DNA of 64,000 nucleotides from Dudresnaya verticillata (taxonomy: Eukaryota): the NCBI GenBank assembly GCA_977862235.1, contig OZ374565.1, positions 558,001-622,000 of the forward strand, read 5' to 3'. Shown here one piece after another: positions 52,135-64,000 of this stretch. The position numbers and the translations under genes were made by a program. The notes beneath the pieces are model-generated. The model saw nothing but the letters and a program-made list of their open reading frames with translations. It had not been told where the DNA came from and ran no database searches. How positions within the stretch are numbered: position 1 is the stretch's first letter; each line of letters starts with the position of its first letter.

Positions 52135-55100
52135 TTGATAAGTGGGGTAAAAAGGGTCTGCAGCATGCAGATCAGTAGTGAGAGGGAAAGCGTGGTACTG
52201 CAGTTGAAGTGTCAAAGTAGTTTTGATTGTGGTAGTAGATGGATACCTCAGAAAGCAGAGGAGTGCTTGTCGAGTCAATACTTATAGACTACAGTCCGCC
52301 ACACAGAATCTATCGGACATGATAAAGTGATGAGTCTCGTCATCAACGGTATAGTCGTTCTAGTAACAACTAAAATACAATCGTAACAGTAAACTATCAA
52401 CGACTGCAGTGCAAAAGATATTCGTGCCATCTAAAAAGATCACAAGTAGTTCTTCAAGCCATGAACGATTCCAAATACAGAAAGCATTTCCAAGCTGTTC
52501 AAGCTTGTAGAAACTCAAAGTTAGACATTCCTCCTCCTTCGAGTGAACCTATCCGAGGAAAGCATCAGATTCACGAGACGCGTGCATCGCGAGATCACAG
52601 GGTAGCTTGCCATCAAACATGAGTAGTTGTAAACGGTCTGATACAGCAGAATCAATCTTAGTTAGAGGGTCTGCGAAGTTAAGAGTCCCTGGAATCCATG
52701 TCACCTGATTGAGCGCATGTGTTTCGAAATTGTACCTTAGTAGTAGTGCAACATCAGCTGCAATTGACTTATCATCAGGCACTCTGCAGGTCTACATTAA
52801 TGAAAATAAACCCTTAGAATCAACTGCTAGTCCCAAATGCACTGAACCTCCCAGAAGCAATGTGTATGTAGCTGCGATGACTTTTCCAGCATCAAGTGCC
52901 TCCCGTGCAGCCATAACTTCTGCAGAAGCACTAGATTTAGCTGGACGTCTGGATAAGTGGGATTGCCAGCTAAGTACATGAAACACAGACCCTTTTTTCA
53001 ATGGGCCAATGCAAAGGCCAGCAACGTATCCAAGTTGACCAGACTCGTTAGGTCTGGCAGCATCAGAAAACATAAAAACACTTACATCATATGACCCCTT
53101 TTCTGGAGTTCTGAACTTGGTAGTAGACCCAATTCTCTGAAGTTTTCTTACTAAACCTGCCTGTCGCTGCAAATCATGTACAGTTGTGGACGACCGTCGC
53201 TGTTGCATAACACTTGTGTACAGAGATGCAAAGGGAGAGACATTTTGACCCAAGAATCCAAAGGACCCATTTATAGATGAGAAGGAGAAATCCTCAATTG
53301 CGTTCAATGAATCATCAACCTGCTTTCTTCTTGTTCTTGTTAACCTGTACGGGGTGAGAGCTTCAACTTTGTCTTCAGCAGATATATGAATAACTCCGTC
53401 TTCATCTTGAGTAATAGTTAGCCCAAAGAATACGAACTCTCCTGGTAAATGAACGATTGTTCCGAGCTTATCTCGTTTCGATAATGCATCTATGAACGAA
53501 GACTCAGCATTTTCTTCGCCAACAATCAGAAGGTCATCGACAACTTTGGCCACTAGTAGTACTAAAACGCCATCCCTGCACATATAAAACAACTGGGGTA
53601 TGTGAACGACAGATGAAAGTCCCAGGTCAAGAAGTGTGGAGTCAGAGTGGTATTGCCATTTTGCATTAGCATTAACCAACCCATAACTTGCGGTCAGTAG
53701 GAGCCAGTAGAACAATCGATTGACACACTCGCGTGGTGGTATGACATACACATCTCTTTGCGCTCTTCCAGACTGTAGAAATGCGCTCTTAATGTCAATT
53801 TTGCTGATAAACCAACCGAATATAACTGCAATGGACAATAATATTCTAAATCCCAACGGTGGGCATGCAGCAGAATCAGTCTTGAGTGATTTTCGCTCTC
53901 TGTCCTTATTGCCATGTGGTGCAATCCTAGCCTTGCACCTCTTCGAACCATCATCTAGACGCTTGACCTTGTACAAGACGTGACTTGAAATTATATTCGC
54001 TCCATGCGGAACCTTAGATATGTGAATGCGTTCACAGGTTTGCAAGAAGCTTTCTTCTTCACTTCGGTATGCATTTTGTACTACAGAAGGCGGTAGACCT
54101 TGCGCATCCTTCAATAAGAACTCCTTGGTCCCAAAGCGTTCATAATAGCTGTCCAACAGAATTTTGTCTGAAGGTGTTAGCATCTGTCCTGATTGCAGAA
54201 CAATATCAGCTGCATTAGCATTTCGAGCTTGTGAGCGTGTAACCATTTGGCGTCCATCGTCATTAGCATCACCAAGGGAATTTAGTTCACGTGTGCCAAC
54301 AGGACCTGGAGGTGGGTGGTATGTAAGTGAATCTGCACCAAACTGTCCATGGGGAGACACTGAGTCAGGGCTAGGGTGCACACCTTCACCTATATCCTTG
54401 TAATTTCCATCTTGTACATTATGTTTAGTTTTCTCATCAGCATGTACATCACCATTATTTGTTACATCAGTAACACTAGTCCATCCATTGTCTTCTACAT
54501 CATCATTATTTCCAATACAATTTCCATCATCATCGTTTCCATCATCATCATTTCCATCTTCTACAATCACATCAATAGCTGAATATACTGCTGAGTTACA
54601 TCGATCGATAGCGGCTTGAACCATATGGGAAAAATCGCCTGACTGGGCAATGCGAACCGAACATCCTCGACTGCTGCTTGAACGACACGACCAGCCTTGC
54701 CAGGTACAGTAACAGTTTGAGATTTTTTGTCAAAGGAAAGAACAGGTCTTGGTATAGTCCATTTGCCTCTTTTCTCATTGGGTTGCTTAATATAAAGTTC
54801 AACAAGAGTGCCGACATCAATTGCTGCATCTTGTGAAGACTTAGAGCGTAATATTGCCGTAAGCTTGCGGCGTGCAGATAAATCACCGTGTGCTTTGATT
54901 ATCTCATCTGGTATAGTAATCGGAGAGTCAGTGGGAATGATAGGACGAGTAAACCCTTTCGCTAGCTCATATGCGGAAGCTATATCATTACCATAGAGGT
55001 CATTTGATATCCTCATTGCCTGAATCACGAGTAGTCGTGCATTGGCATTTGGGTTGGCGTGATGCAATCGCATAAATATCGACTTAATAACTCTGTGCTT

Positions 55101-57434
55101 GGATTCCAATGCATTTTTGCTTGGACGGCGTGGGGGAGCTGGACGAAACATAGTTCCAATAGAATTCAAATGGTTTTTGAACTCAGCCACATTGAAGGCA
55201 GGGTCTCCCTGTACAGCAGCTGGATTCCAGAACTGTGATATCCAATTTGATTCAAGCACATTAATAGCGTTGGTCATTCCCTTAGTTTGCACGCAATCCC
55301 CAGCAGAGTACCTTGATACAGAATCCATAATGTGGAAAACTGATTCCTGCTCAGGAAAAAATGATCAATATATACGAGCTGGTTAAATCCCCTAGAGAAA
55401 TTATTCAGGGAAACAGTACGGGATTTGACTGGAAGATCCGTCTCGTGGCAACTTCTGCAGGACTCAAGTGTCTTGGATAAATATGATGCACACTCATCTG
55501 TCCAAAGGTTGTTTCTCTGAAGCAGTGTCTTGATGTCGAAGTAGTATGAATGTCCACATACATGTTTGTGGACTTTATCAATAATGGACTTCAAATGCCT
55601 CCATGACAGTGAGTTCGAATTTTCTGATGCTTCAGTAGCAGCACGCAAACTGGAGCAAACAACATTATCCTTTGCCGCCGTAAACCTTGAAAACGTCAAA
55701 TAGTCCAGGAAGTCATGCTTCAATAGTGACACAGTGTCATATTGTCCGTTGCTTAACTCAGTAGGCAATTGGAGAAAACGGCCATCGATGTGTTGAATGT
55801 TGCAGTGGTTGGTAACATTTTTCCAACAATCCATTGTGAGGACCCTTCAATAACAACATGCCGTACGTCTAAGACAGAACCAGAGTCACTTAACAAACGT
55901 AGAACAACGGAACCAATAATTTTTCTAGTGCTGCTCGCATGAGAGCCTTGACCGTACTGCCAATAAGGTCTATCGGCAATTGATTCAGGAATCTGTTCGA
56001 GGCATTCATCCCACGAACTTAGGACGAAGGGAGCAATTTTCCTTAGTTCAACAAGCCCAATGCCAGAGTAGGGTGCACCATCGTCAAGTAATGGGCCTGG
56101 AACACGAAGTGGAGAGGCAGTAGCACTATGAATATGGACATTGTTGAATTTCAAGGTCTTTGTCTTACCCTTGTTATCACTTTCATTGTTCCCATTCGTG
56201 CCTTTCTGCGACATAGAACATTCAGCATCACCAGCCCAATGGCCTTTCTCCTTGCACGCACGGCATCTGGAGTTCTTCTTGAAAGCAGCAAGTTCTTCAG
56301 CTGTCATATCCTTGAATGCCTTGCTTTTGACAGGGCGAGTTCTAAATGGGCGATGGGTAGCACTATTACCCGACAATGGGGTAGTTTGTCGCAGAGAAAG
56401 CTCAGCAGGCTTGTCACATGCCCGCAAGATCGAAGAGACTTCTTCATGTTTGATCTCATTTAACATTCCATGGATCTTGTTTTGACCGGGTCTCTGACGA
56501 ATTTCAGAATGTCTGGGGGCAGCAGCAGCTAGAATAGATACGCGCTGGTGTGATTCCACATTTGCATTTGCAAGCAACAGAAAGGAGGTAATTGATTCAG
56601 GCAGTCTTGCATCACCAGCTGCAGCATTGAATCTACTCAGCTTGGCATCAAACCGAGTCCCAAAGTTCTTAAATCCTTCAGAATCACCTCTCGTAGTCCC
56701 TAGCACAGACATAAATTTCTGGAATACGTCATTGACCACTGCAAGAGGGTCGTCTTTGTGAAGAGCACGTGCTATTTCATTCGCGCCATCATCCGACAGC
56801 AGTGTGTCTTCTGATATCTTCTTCACAATGTCTTGAGCACGCCCAAAACGTTGAGCTTGCAACACAATCCCTTGAAGTCCTGGAGCAATCTTATTGCTGT
56901 TCGATTCCGGTAGCTTGTCATGGAACGATTTCCACAGCCGTACAGCACGTACAAACTTTTCTTGTGGACCACGTCCGTCCAAGGAGCATCCTTGAGGGAC
57001 CAAGAGAACTTGGGGCGAGATGGCAGATCTGGGCTCATAACTTGATAAGTGGGGGAAAAAGGGTCTGCAGCATGCAGATCAGTAGTGAGAGGGAAAGCGT
57101 GGTACTGCAGTTGAAGTGTCAAAGTAGTTTTGATTGTGGTAGTAGATGGATACCTCAGAAAGCAGAGGAGTGCTTGTCGAGTCAATACTTATAGACTACA
57201 GTCCGCCACACAGAATCTATCGGACATGATAAAGTGATGAGTATCGTCATCGATGGTATATTCGTTCTAGTAACAACTAAAATACAATCGTAACAGTAAA
57301 CTATCAACGACTATAGTGCAAAAGATATTCGTGCCATCTAAAACGATCACAAGTAGTTCTTCAAGCCATGAACGATTCCAAATACAGAAAGCATTTCCAA
57401 GCTGTTCAAGCTTGTAGCAACTCAAAGTTAGAAA
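52135..57434 (-). mobile_element. Full-length Ty1/Copia LTR retrotransposon with 5-bp TSD AGAAG
   Basis: Near-identical ~393-bp LTRs at 52135-52527 and 57042-57434; copia-type internal-tRNAiMet-like PBS GTTATGAGCCCAG; PPT GAAGGAGGAGGAA; AGAAG at 52130-52134 and 57435-57439. Confidence 0.97.
52549..57038 (-). pseudogene. Copia gag-PR-IN-RT-RH polyprotein, multiple frameshifts
   Basis: CRACKEKGHWAGDAEC; LLDDGAPYS; HKHVCGH...CRSC; DSVSRY, GDPAF, NALESKH; CKARIAPHG, DIKSAFLQ, VVDDLL; FSDAA, NFADPLTK. Confidence 0.95.
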
Positions 57435-57909
57435 AGAAGGCTCTGAATCGGGTCCTCTGCGGGGTGCTTCGAAGGTAGTCCTGCTTCAAGACGGAGATAA
57501 AGTCGGAACTGCACCTGTGGAACGAAATGCTGAGAGTTCCAAAATAACTGAGACTCTCCACGGAGTGTCGTTGTCAAAGGTTACGAGGGAAGGATAACAT
57601 CTCGTTTCTATTTGCGGATTTAGCGCCTTGCCTGGATGTGAGTCCCGGAAGTATCCGAATAGTTTCACAGGCCAAGAGGAAGCGCCGGAGACACTGAGTG
57701 GGCTGGTGGGGTTCTTCGAATGGGATTTGCACGAGTTGGAATCGTCTTAGTACGATATTACGGTCAGAGCAACCTCCGAGATGCATATTGGGTACAATCG
57801 CCTGGCACAAGCTTTTCAGAATCCTCCGTCTACAGTATTTATTCAAGATCGAGTGCGGCTTTGATGCCATGGCCTTGCAATTTCTGTAACGTGGACAACT
57901 ACATGCACC

Positions 57910-58227
57910 ATGAACTCCTCACATGTACATCGCGACCGAATTCCGAGTCTTGACCCCATGACCATGTTGCGTGAAGTTCAGAATCTTCGGGCTGAGGTTC
58001 TTGAGATGAGGTCATTCATCGATGACGCACGACTGCGCCTGTATGCCATTTACAGCGACGTTTTCAACCGCGTGGGAAAGGTGGTTGTACAAGTGATGAG
58101 GTTTGCCAGGCAGGCTCGAGACAGACTACGTTCAATTGAAGAAAGGTTGGGAATTGAACACAGAGAAGAGGTGGGCATCGAGTTGGATTCAGATTCGGAA
58201 TCACATTTGCCTGCCCCTCCCGTTTGA
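57910..58227 (+). CDS. Small coiled-coil protein with acidic tail
   Basis: 105-aa ATG ORF; EVQNLRAEVLEMR heptads; resembles ORF 45111..45389. Confidence 0.45.
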   Translation: MNSSHVHRDRIPSLDPMTMLREVQNLRAEVLEMRSFIDDARLRLYAIYSDVFNRVGKVVVQVMRFARQARDRLRSIEERLGIEHREEVGIELDSDSESHLPAPPV

Positions 58228-59073
58228 GCACCATTGCACTGCACACATAAATGCCCAGTGAGAAGGGGCTAGAAGAGAAATCAGAATGACGCGTCAAACA
58301 CTCCAGGAGCTGAGAGGTGAGATTGACGAACTGCGTGTGCAGGTTCTCCAATTGTAAACGAGAGCAAACTATCTCGATGAGCAACTTCGGGCCGTTGCAC
58401 AAGCCGTGAGGGAGGTTATGTATGGTGACGGCAGGTGAGCTGTGAACGCGTGAGGAGCATTAGAGGGAGAGGTAGGGCCCTATTCACTGCGATTACCAGA
58501 ATTTGTGGTCCAGCACAGAACGAACGGAACCCCGCTTCGGATGGGGGGATACCGGAAATGTTTAGCCATCGGCAATCTTTAGAGTGGCCCTGTGTCTCGC
58601 GAGAAACTGCGGTTAGTACATGCTCTGAAAAGAAACAATGATGTTTACTAGCAAGCTGGGGCAAGTTTGCGCGGCCTCCTCCCCTATTGGGAGATCCTCC
58701 CAGCAGCAACAGAACTAACCCTTAATTACTATTGTCATGCGATTATATTTGGTTATTCGGATAGACTAACAGCATTGGTTCCTATTACCCGTTAAAGAGA
58801 AAGGTACCAGTCTGAAAGAAGGGAGGGAGGGCGGGAAAGAGACAGGCACACCCGGGAGACTCTGTCCACCTGGTGGGTGCACTCTCGTCTCAAGTAGAGA
58901 CTCGATGCGGCGGCGGCGACGGCGAGCTGATCCATTCCGTACAGCCTGTGATCCAGACCGGATGACCCGAATCCGGATTTTAATGGATCACAGCATCGTA
59001 CGCGGTGAGACGTGCACACGCATGCACACCCTTGCTATGCATTGTCATTACGTTTCATGCGCATAAAGAGGCT

Positions 59074-60195
59074 CTACATCACATGAAACCCCCCATATAA
59101 TATCCGAGGCATGAACCGGTGCCACAAGGCGGCGGCAATCGAATCATGCGAGGAAACGGTAGCGGGGCAGGGAAGACCGGCTCCGCTCCCGAAAAAGCAG
59201 AAAGACTCGGCGGTAGTCCGAAGCGTGCGATCGAAATAGAGATGAGCCATGGCGTCACCATTTGGGCCCCAGCCGAAACGAGCAAGCCTCACCGAGAGTG
59301 GGATGCCCAACAGTACTTGTTGGATTTGGGCACCGATACGTAACGAATGTGACGTAAAGTTCCCATACAGGGGCGGCTGGAGTGCGAGATGTTGTAAGCA
59401 ACGCTGAAGGGCATCATTCAGTAATGTCCGTACCGTCTCTGCGCTCTCCCCAGGAATGGCGAAGAAGCGACTTATAGGATGTGTTCCACGAACCACGTCC
59501 CAACGGCTCCGAAGGTCAATCGGGGACTGGAGTGACGCTAAGCGGTCGTACCGTACCAGTGCCACCTTGCTCGCCCCTTGGCCCTTTACCATTGTCAGGC
59601 AAGCAATCACGTGACTCTCCTCCAGGTCCACGTTGACGAACAACTGTGAATTCACAGAGCTCTCTCGAAGACGATTAAAAAAACGACCATACAACCATGG
59701 CACAATCACGGATAACTCTGATAGTTGGGCTTGTCATCCCTAATGGCCATATCTGATGAACGAACTTGGCAGGTATTCCACACCGAACACTTGCAGCTGG
59801 GTATGTGTCTTCTTCCCATCGGGAGTACGCCCGCAGTGCATGCGAGACGAACGGAAAAGACGGGACGTGTTCACCCGTCAGAAGAAGTTGCATCTGTCTG
59901 ACGGCACTGAGGTACTGAGGCACCGATGCGGACCCAACGCGACGGGTACCTCGTTCCCGCGCTAGGCACAGCCATCCATTGTACGTGACCAGGTGTCCCT
60001 CGGTGACTGGGAGAATTGTTCGGTTCTCCTCAGAACAGAACTGAACCCAGGTCTCCCATTGGCTGTTCCTAGATTTCACAGTACGTGGGCTCCATGCAAA
60101 GGAGGCCACCAGCTGTAGCGAACACTGAGCCCCTTCACTGGTACCCGCGATAGCCTGTACGCGTGATGAACCGGCTGCAGTAAGTCTCATTCGAG
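59074..60195 (-). pseudogene. Tyrosine recombinase of the DIRS-order element (frameshifted)
   Basis: N-terminal core-binding region WSPRTVKSRNSQWETWVQFC...QYLSAVR; catalytic HSLRIG, FGW, MAHLY. Confidence 0.9.
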
Positions 60196-60319
60196 CAGTG
60201 GACCGGGTTACAGGTTGATCTCCAAAGCCAGGACACGCCACTGCGGGTTCAGTGTGCGCTGTGCCTCCCACACGTCCGTGGTGTTGAGTGGGAGCCGTTG
60301 TACCCGGCCGGCCAGACGC

Positions 60320-62108
60320 ATCGAAGCGTGGTACCAAGCCTGGCGTGGCCATTCTGGTATCAGGAGGACTGCGGGGGCCTCGGTGTGCTATAACTTGAGT
60401 TTTGTCGCCTGTATAAGGTCCACTGGCGGTGATAACAGCCGTACTTAATCCGTCGCGTGCCAAGGCGCGTCCAGTTCCCGAAAGGCCTGACGGCGTCGGA
60501 AGACGGGATGCTCTTCCAACGGCCGGTAACGAAACGATTGGACTGGTGCTGCCATTCCATCCCGCACGGAACGCAGCAGCTGCTTGCGGATCTGGAGGTC
60601 GCCGGCTGGGAACCGTGGCGAGAGGGAATCTGCGAAACGGTTTGCGGCCGAAGGAATCCACTCGCTGCGGATGTTCAGCCCCAGTTGATCCAGGAACACC
60701 TTCAAACGTCGCAGCTCGCGCATCATGGGACGACTGGAGGAAACAAAGGCGTTCGCAACATGGACTACAGCCTGATTGTCGACGTGTAGCAGCAGGTTCT
60801 TCTTTTCTGGAGCGGTCAACTTGCTCCCGAGCTTCCTGGCGAGGAGCTTTCGGATTGCCTTCAACTCCCGCAGAGAGATGCAGGAAGCTCGGTCTCGCCA
60901 GCTCCATACTCCTTGTGCGCGCCATTTTACATCGATTCCAGGAAGAAAGCTGCGGAAATTTAGGGTCCCTTCATATCCAAAGTCGGCGGCGGCGGTATGC
61001 ATTGCGGCATCGGGCTGTACCGGGTGCATGCAGCGTCCCTGCAGTTCAGCTGTGGACAATTCCTCCCATTTCAACAAGTCTCGTATGCCCTGGTGACTGA
61101 TCCGACGCCTCCCGCGTTGATCCATGCGTGCTTTGGACAGGTCCCAGTATAGTGATAGGGTGTAGAAGCGCGCCCATGGAATAGCCAGCGTAAGCGACAC
61201 GCATACACAACAGAAGTGACGCAGGGCTCGTTCTGAGACCCATCGGCGACCGATGCGTACTTCCTTGAGGAGTCGGCGCGCTAAAACGCGTACTTTCTCG
61301 ACCTTCCGCAACTGGACGAGATCTTCATCCGTTTCGTGTCCACGACAACCCCAAGGTGACTGACTACCTGTGCACCTTGCCATTCTCCCTTCGTCGCGTG
61401 ACAGGAGAGCCCCAAGTTCCTCATCAGCTTGTCTATCGCTCTCGTAGCAACCTGGCAGTCCTCTACCGAATCTAACACACCAAGGGCGGAGGGCGAGATC
61501 AAGAAATCGTCGAGGTAGGCGAGGACGCGGAATCCCCGTCTCCGTAACTCCGATACGAACGGCACCATGAAGCGAGTGAACCACATTGGTGAGCGCCCCC
61601 ATCCAAAGTGTAATGAGATGCAGCGGAAGTAACGCCCGTGGTACTTGAACAGGAACCAGTCCCGCATCCACGGGGCTAAACGAAGGTGTCTGTATCCCCT
61701 CTCGATATCCATCGAGAGCAGATAATCTCCCTGTTGTAGCCCACTTGCGAACTCCGCCACCGACTCCATTCTGATGGAGCCCTTGTCCCAGTGTTTGGAC
61801 TGCTTGGAAACGTTCAGTACGAAACGTCCCTTTTTCCATTCTCGGTCTCCTGCCAGACGGTGAAGGCCGAAGAAAGGATCGCTCCCTGAACCACCGCCTT
61901 TTCCACGTGCTCCCTGCCGACCTCCTCGTAAACACCCGTCCTGCAGCCTTCCCCCAAATCTGCAAATGCGAACTGGAGATCCTCTTCGGTCTGGGGAAGA
62001 TCCCCGAGCTCCTCGACTTGACCAGGAATGAACGGGCGAGCAGGCAAGTTGCTCACGCCGAACTTGATCGCTCGGTAGATAAATTCCGAGCAACCGAGAT
62101 CGCGCCAT
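60320..62108 (-). pseudogene. DIRS RT-RNase H-degenerate methyltransferase ORF (frameshifted)
   Basis: ORFs 61281..62108 and 60445..61965; reading past the stop gives LLSPPVDLI...AVLLIPEWPRQAWY. Confidence 0.88.
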
Positions 62109-63504
62109 GCTTCAGCTCTCTTTTGAGTCTTTCTCCAAAGCGGGCGCGGATAACCAATGTCGACTACTGGTCCTTGGCGGCGCCACCCCTGCCTCCGGCA
62201 CGCTTTTTTGCGTTGCTCGCGCTTAGGGTGGCTACCGCCTTCATCAATTGCGTAGCCATGTGAGATTCCAGTTTCTCCATTGGCTCTACAAGGTCATCCG
62301 CAGCAGGCATGTCAGCTCTTGCTTCCAGGGTAGGCATGACCAGTTTGGCATATGTTGGGTCCTTGGACGCCAATTTGTAAAACTCGCACCGCAATCCGAC
62401 AACTCTTAGAGAGTATCGGATGTACATGAGAGCCCACACGTGCAACTTGAGAGCCTCGTCGTCCTGCCTCTCTTGCAAAGCTTCCTGATGTAGCGCTGTT
62501 GCAGCCTCGTGGAAGGACATCCAATAACCCTACGCGTTGATGTAGTTCGCTTCGTACTCGGCGACGGGGCGTAGACTATTATGCTTTTCCATATGCTTGC
62601 GGATGGGCTACTCTCGGTGCTCGAAGAAGCCACCATTGAAGGCATTCACCGAGGGGCCTTGCTCATAAGGATACCGGCTCAGTCCGAAGTCCTTGTCGTC
62701 ACGGCATCGGCGAGCAATCTTGGCATTGGCCGTCATCCATGTCGGGTCAATCTCGGCGTCTGCAAGGGTCATTCCAGCAGCAACCTTCTTGGCCTTCACG
62801 ATCAACGCGCTGAGTGCCGCGAGACTGGTGTCAAAGATGCCCATCGTGACAATATAAAGGGTTCGGGGTAGCTCGCTACCCTCTTAGCCGTCTTCGTATG
62901 GCTCTCTTGAAACAAGCCTACCGCCAGAGATTCTGGGGACTCTCTTGAAAAGAGAAAGGCACACCCGGGAGACTCTGTCGACCTGGTGGGTGCACTCTCG
63001 TCTCAAGTAGAGACTCGATGCGGCGGCGGCGATGGCGAGCTGATCCATTCCGTACAGCCTGTGATCCAGACCGGATGACCCGAATCCGGATTTTAATGGA
63101 TCACAGCATCGTACGAGGCGAGACGTGGACACGCATGCACACCCTTGCTATGCATTGTCATTTCGTTTCATGCGCATAAAGAGGCTCTACACCACATGTA
63201 AAATGCGTTACGTTGCATCTTTCCATGTCGTCTCACTGTCGAAAATCACGACAACACGCCTGTATCCGTGCTTAACGGTAATGCCGCGGAGGACAACTCC
63301 CTGCGCTGTGCGCTGTGCGCAGGGAAATTCGACCTGCGAGAACGTTTCTGCTTCACATGGGCGCCTGCTCTAAATCCGGCGCGGGGTCAGCAACGATAGC
63401 CTCGGCGCAAACAGGAAGAACTGGCGGCAGAGTGGATGGCGCGCGGCATGGTGCACGAGCTGCACGCACAAATCTGGCGACGAGCGTCGGCAGGCGGCGG
63501 ACGA

Positions 63505-63850
63505 GCCCCGGATAGGTTTTCATAGAACGGCCCGGCAGAAATGTAAAAACTAATATCAATATTGACGAATAGGTTTTCACGGCGCGCGAGATCGAATATC
63601 TGTTTAATAGGTATTTCTACACTGAATCTGGAAATACATATATAGATATTTTCCAAATCACTCTCACAAAACCTATTCTAATAGGTTTTGCTGTCGGCGC
63701 GTCAGAAATAACTTTATAGGTATTTGTCAGCACACAATCAGAATACCTATTAGAAAGGTATTTGCGTCGCCGGGTCGAGAAAACGTAAAAACCAATATCG
63801 ATATTGCCGGATAGCTGCTGGCGGCTCGCATTCGCAGAAACCTATCCGCC
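63505..63850. repeat. Cluster of ATAGGT(T/A)TT motifs in both orientations
   Basis: Copies at 63512, 63568, 63606, 63680, ~63716 and reverse copies at 63668, 63742, 63838; palindrome CAAAACCTATT-CT-AATAGGTTTTG at 63667-63690. Confidence 0.7.
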
Positions 63851-64000
63851 CATCTCGGAACCTCACCCCCCCATCGCTGCAGACACGCGGCCGCGCGGTC
63901 GGTATGCCACACATCAGAATAGCTGCTGCTGCATCCCTGCCCAAAACGTCCCCCTGCGCATCACACCCACACCCCTAGCTGCCTGTACCGCGCTGAGCAT

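Larger units (their letters stand above)
49501..57750 (+). pseudogene. ParB/Srx-like domain + beta-class N6-adenine/N4-cytosine DNA methyltransferase + C-terminal domain; frameshifted and split by Copia (segments 49501-52134 and 57440-57750)
   Basis: YGVVDGMHRLIA (49903); LVLTDPPYG (DPPY 51305-51316); off-frame FCRRIVKPG; EEKNV...FCPDGRRVLDVYGGT (51819) ...VGIEQN; frame is continuous after Copia removal. Confidence 0.85.
58836..63198 (-). mobile_element. DIRS-order tyrosine-recombinase retrotransposon (PAT-like) with 250-bp direct repeats
   Basis: Direct repeats 58836-59085 and 62949-63198; gag-like 62164-62844; RT (MDIERGYRH, FGWGRSP, YLDDFL); RH (VDNQAVV, WIPSAANRFADSLS); degenerate MT; YR. 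Confidence 0.93.

Overview
Eukaryotic, transposon-saturated 64-kb window. Element types and style suggest a red alga or similar protist, but that is inference only. No rRNA, tRNA or CRISPR features were seen. From left to right it holds: a (GT)n microsatellite; an intact CAP/SCP-domain gene; a CRE-type LINE 3' fragment; a kinase-like ORF; a 533-bp foldback element with a 5-bp TSD; a nested or chimeric chromodomain Ty3/Gypsy with a long antisense ORF; two divergent CRE-clade RT-RLE units head-to-tail; several solo or partial LTRs; a compact cluster around a PIF/Harbinger transposase + Myb/SANT pair; a full-length frameshifted Ty1/Copia; and a tyrosine-recombinase (DIRS-order) retroelement. The best candidate for an undescribed system is a decayed gene fusing a ParB/Srx-like domain to a beta-class N6A/N4C DNA methyltransferase plus a C-terminal domain. 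It lies head-to-head with the Harbinger Myb gene and is split by the Copia insertion. Removing the Copia and one AGAAG TSD copy restores the reading frame exactly.
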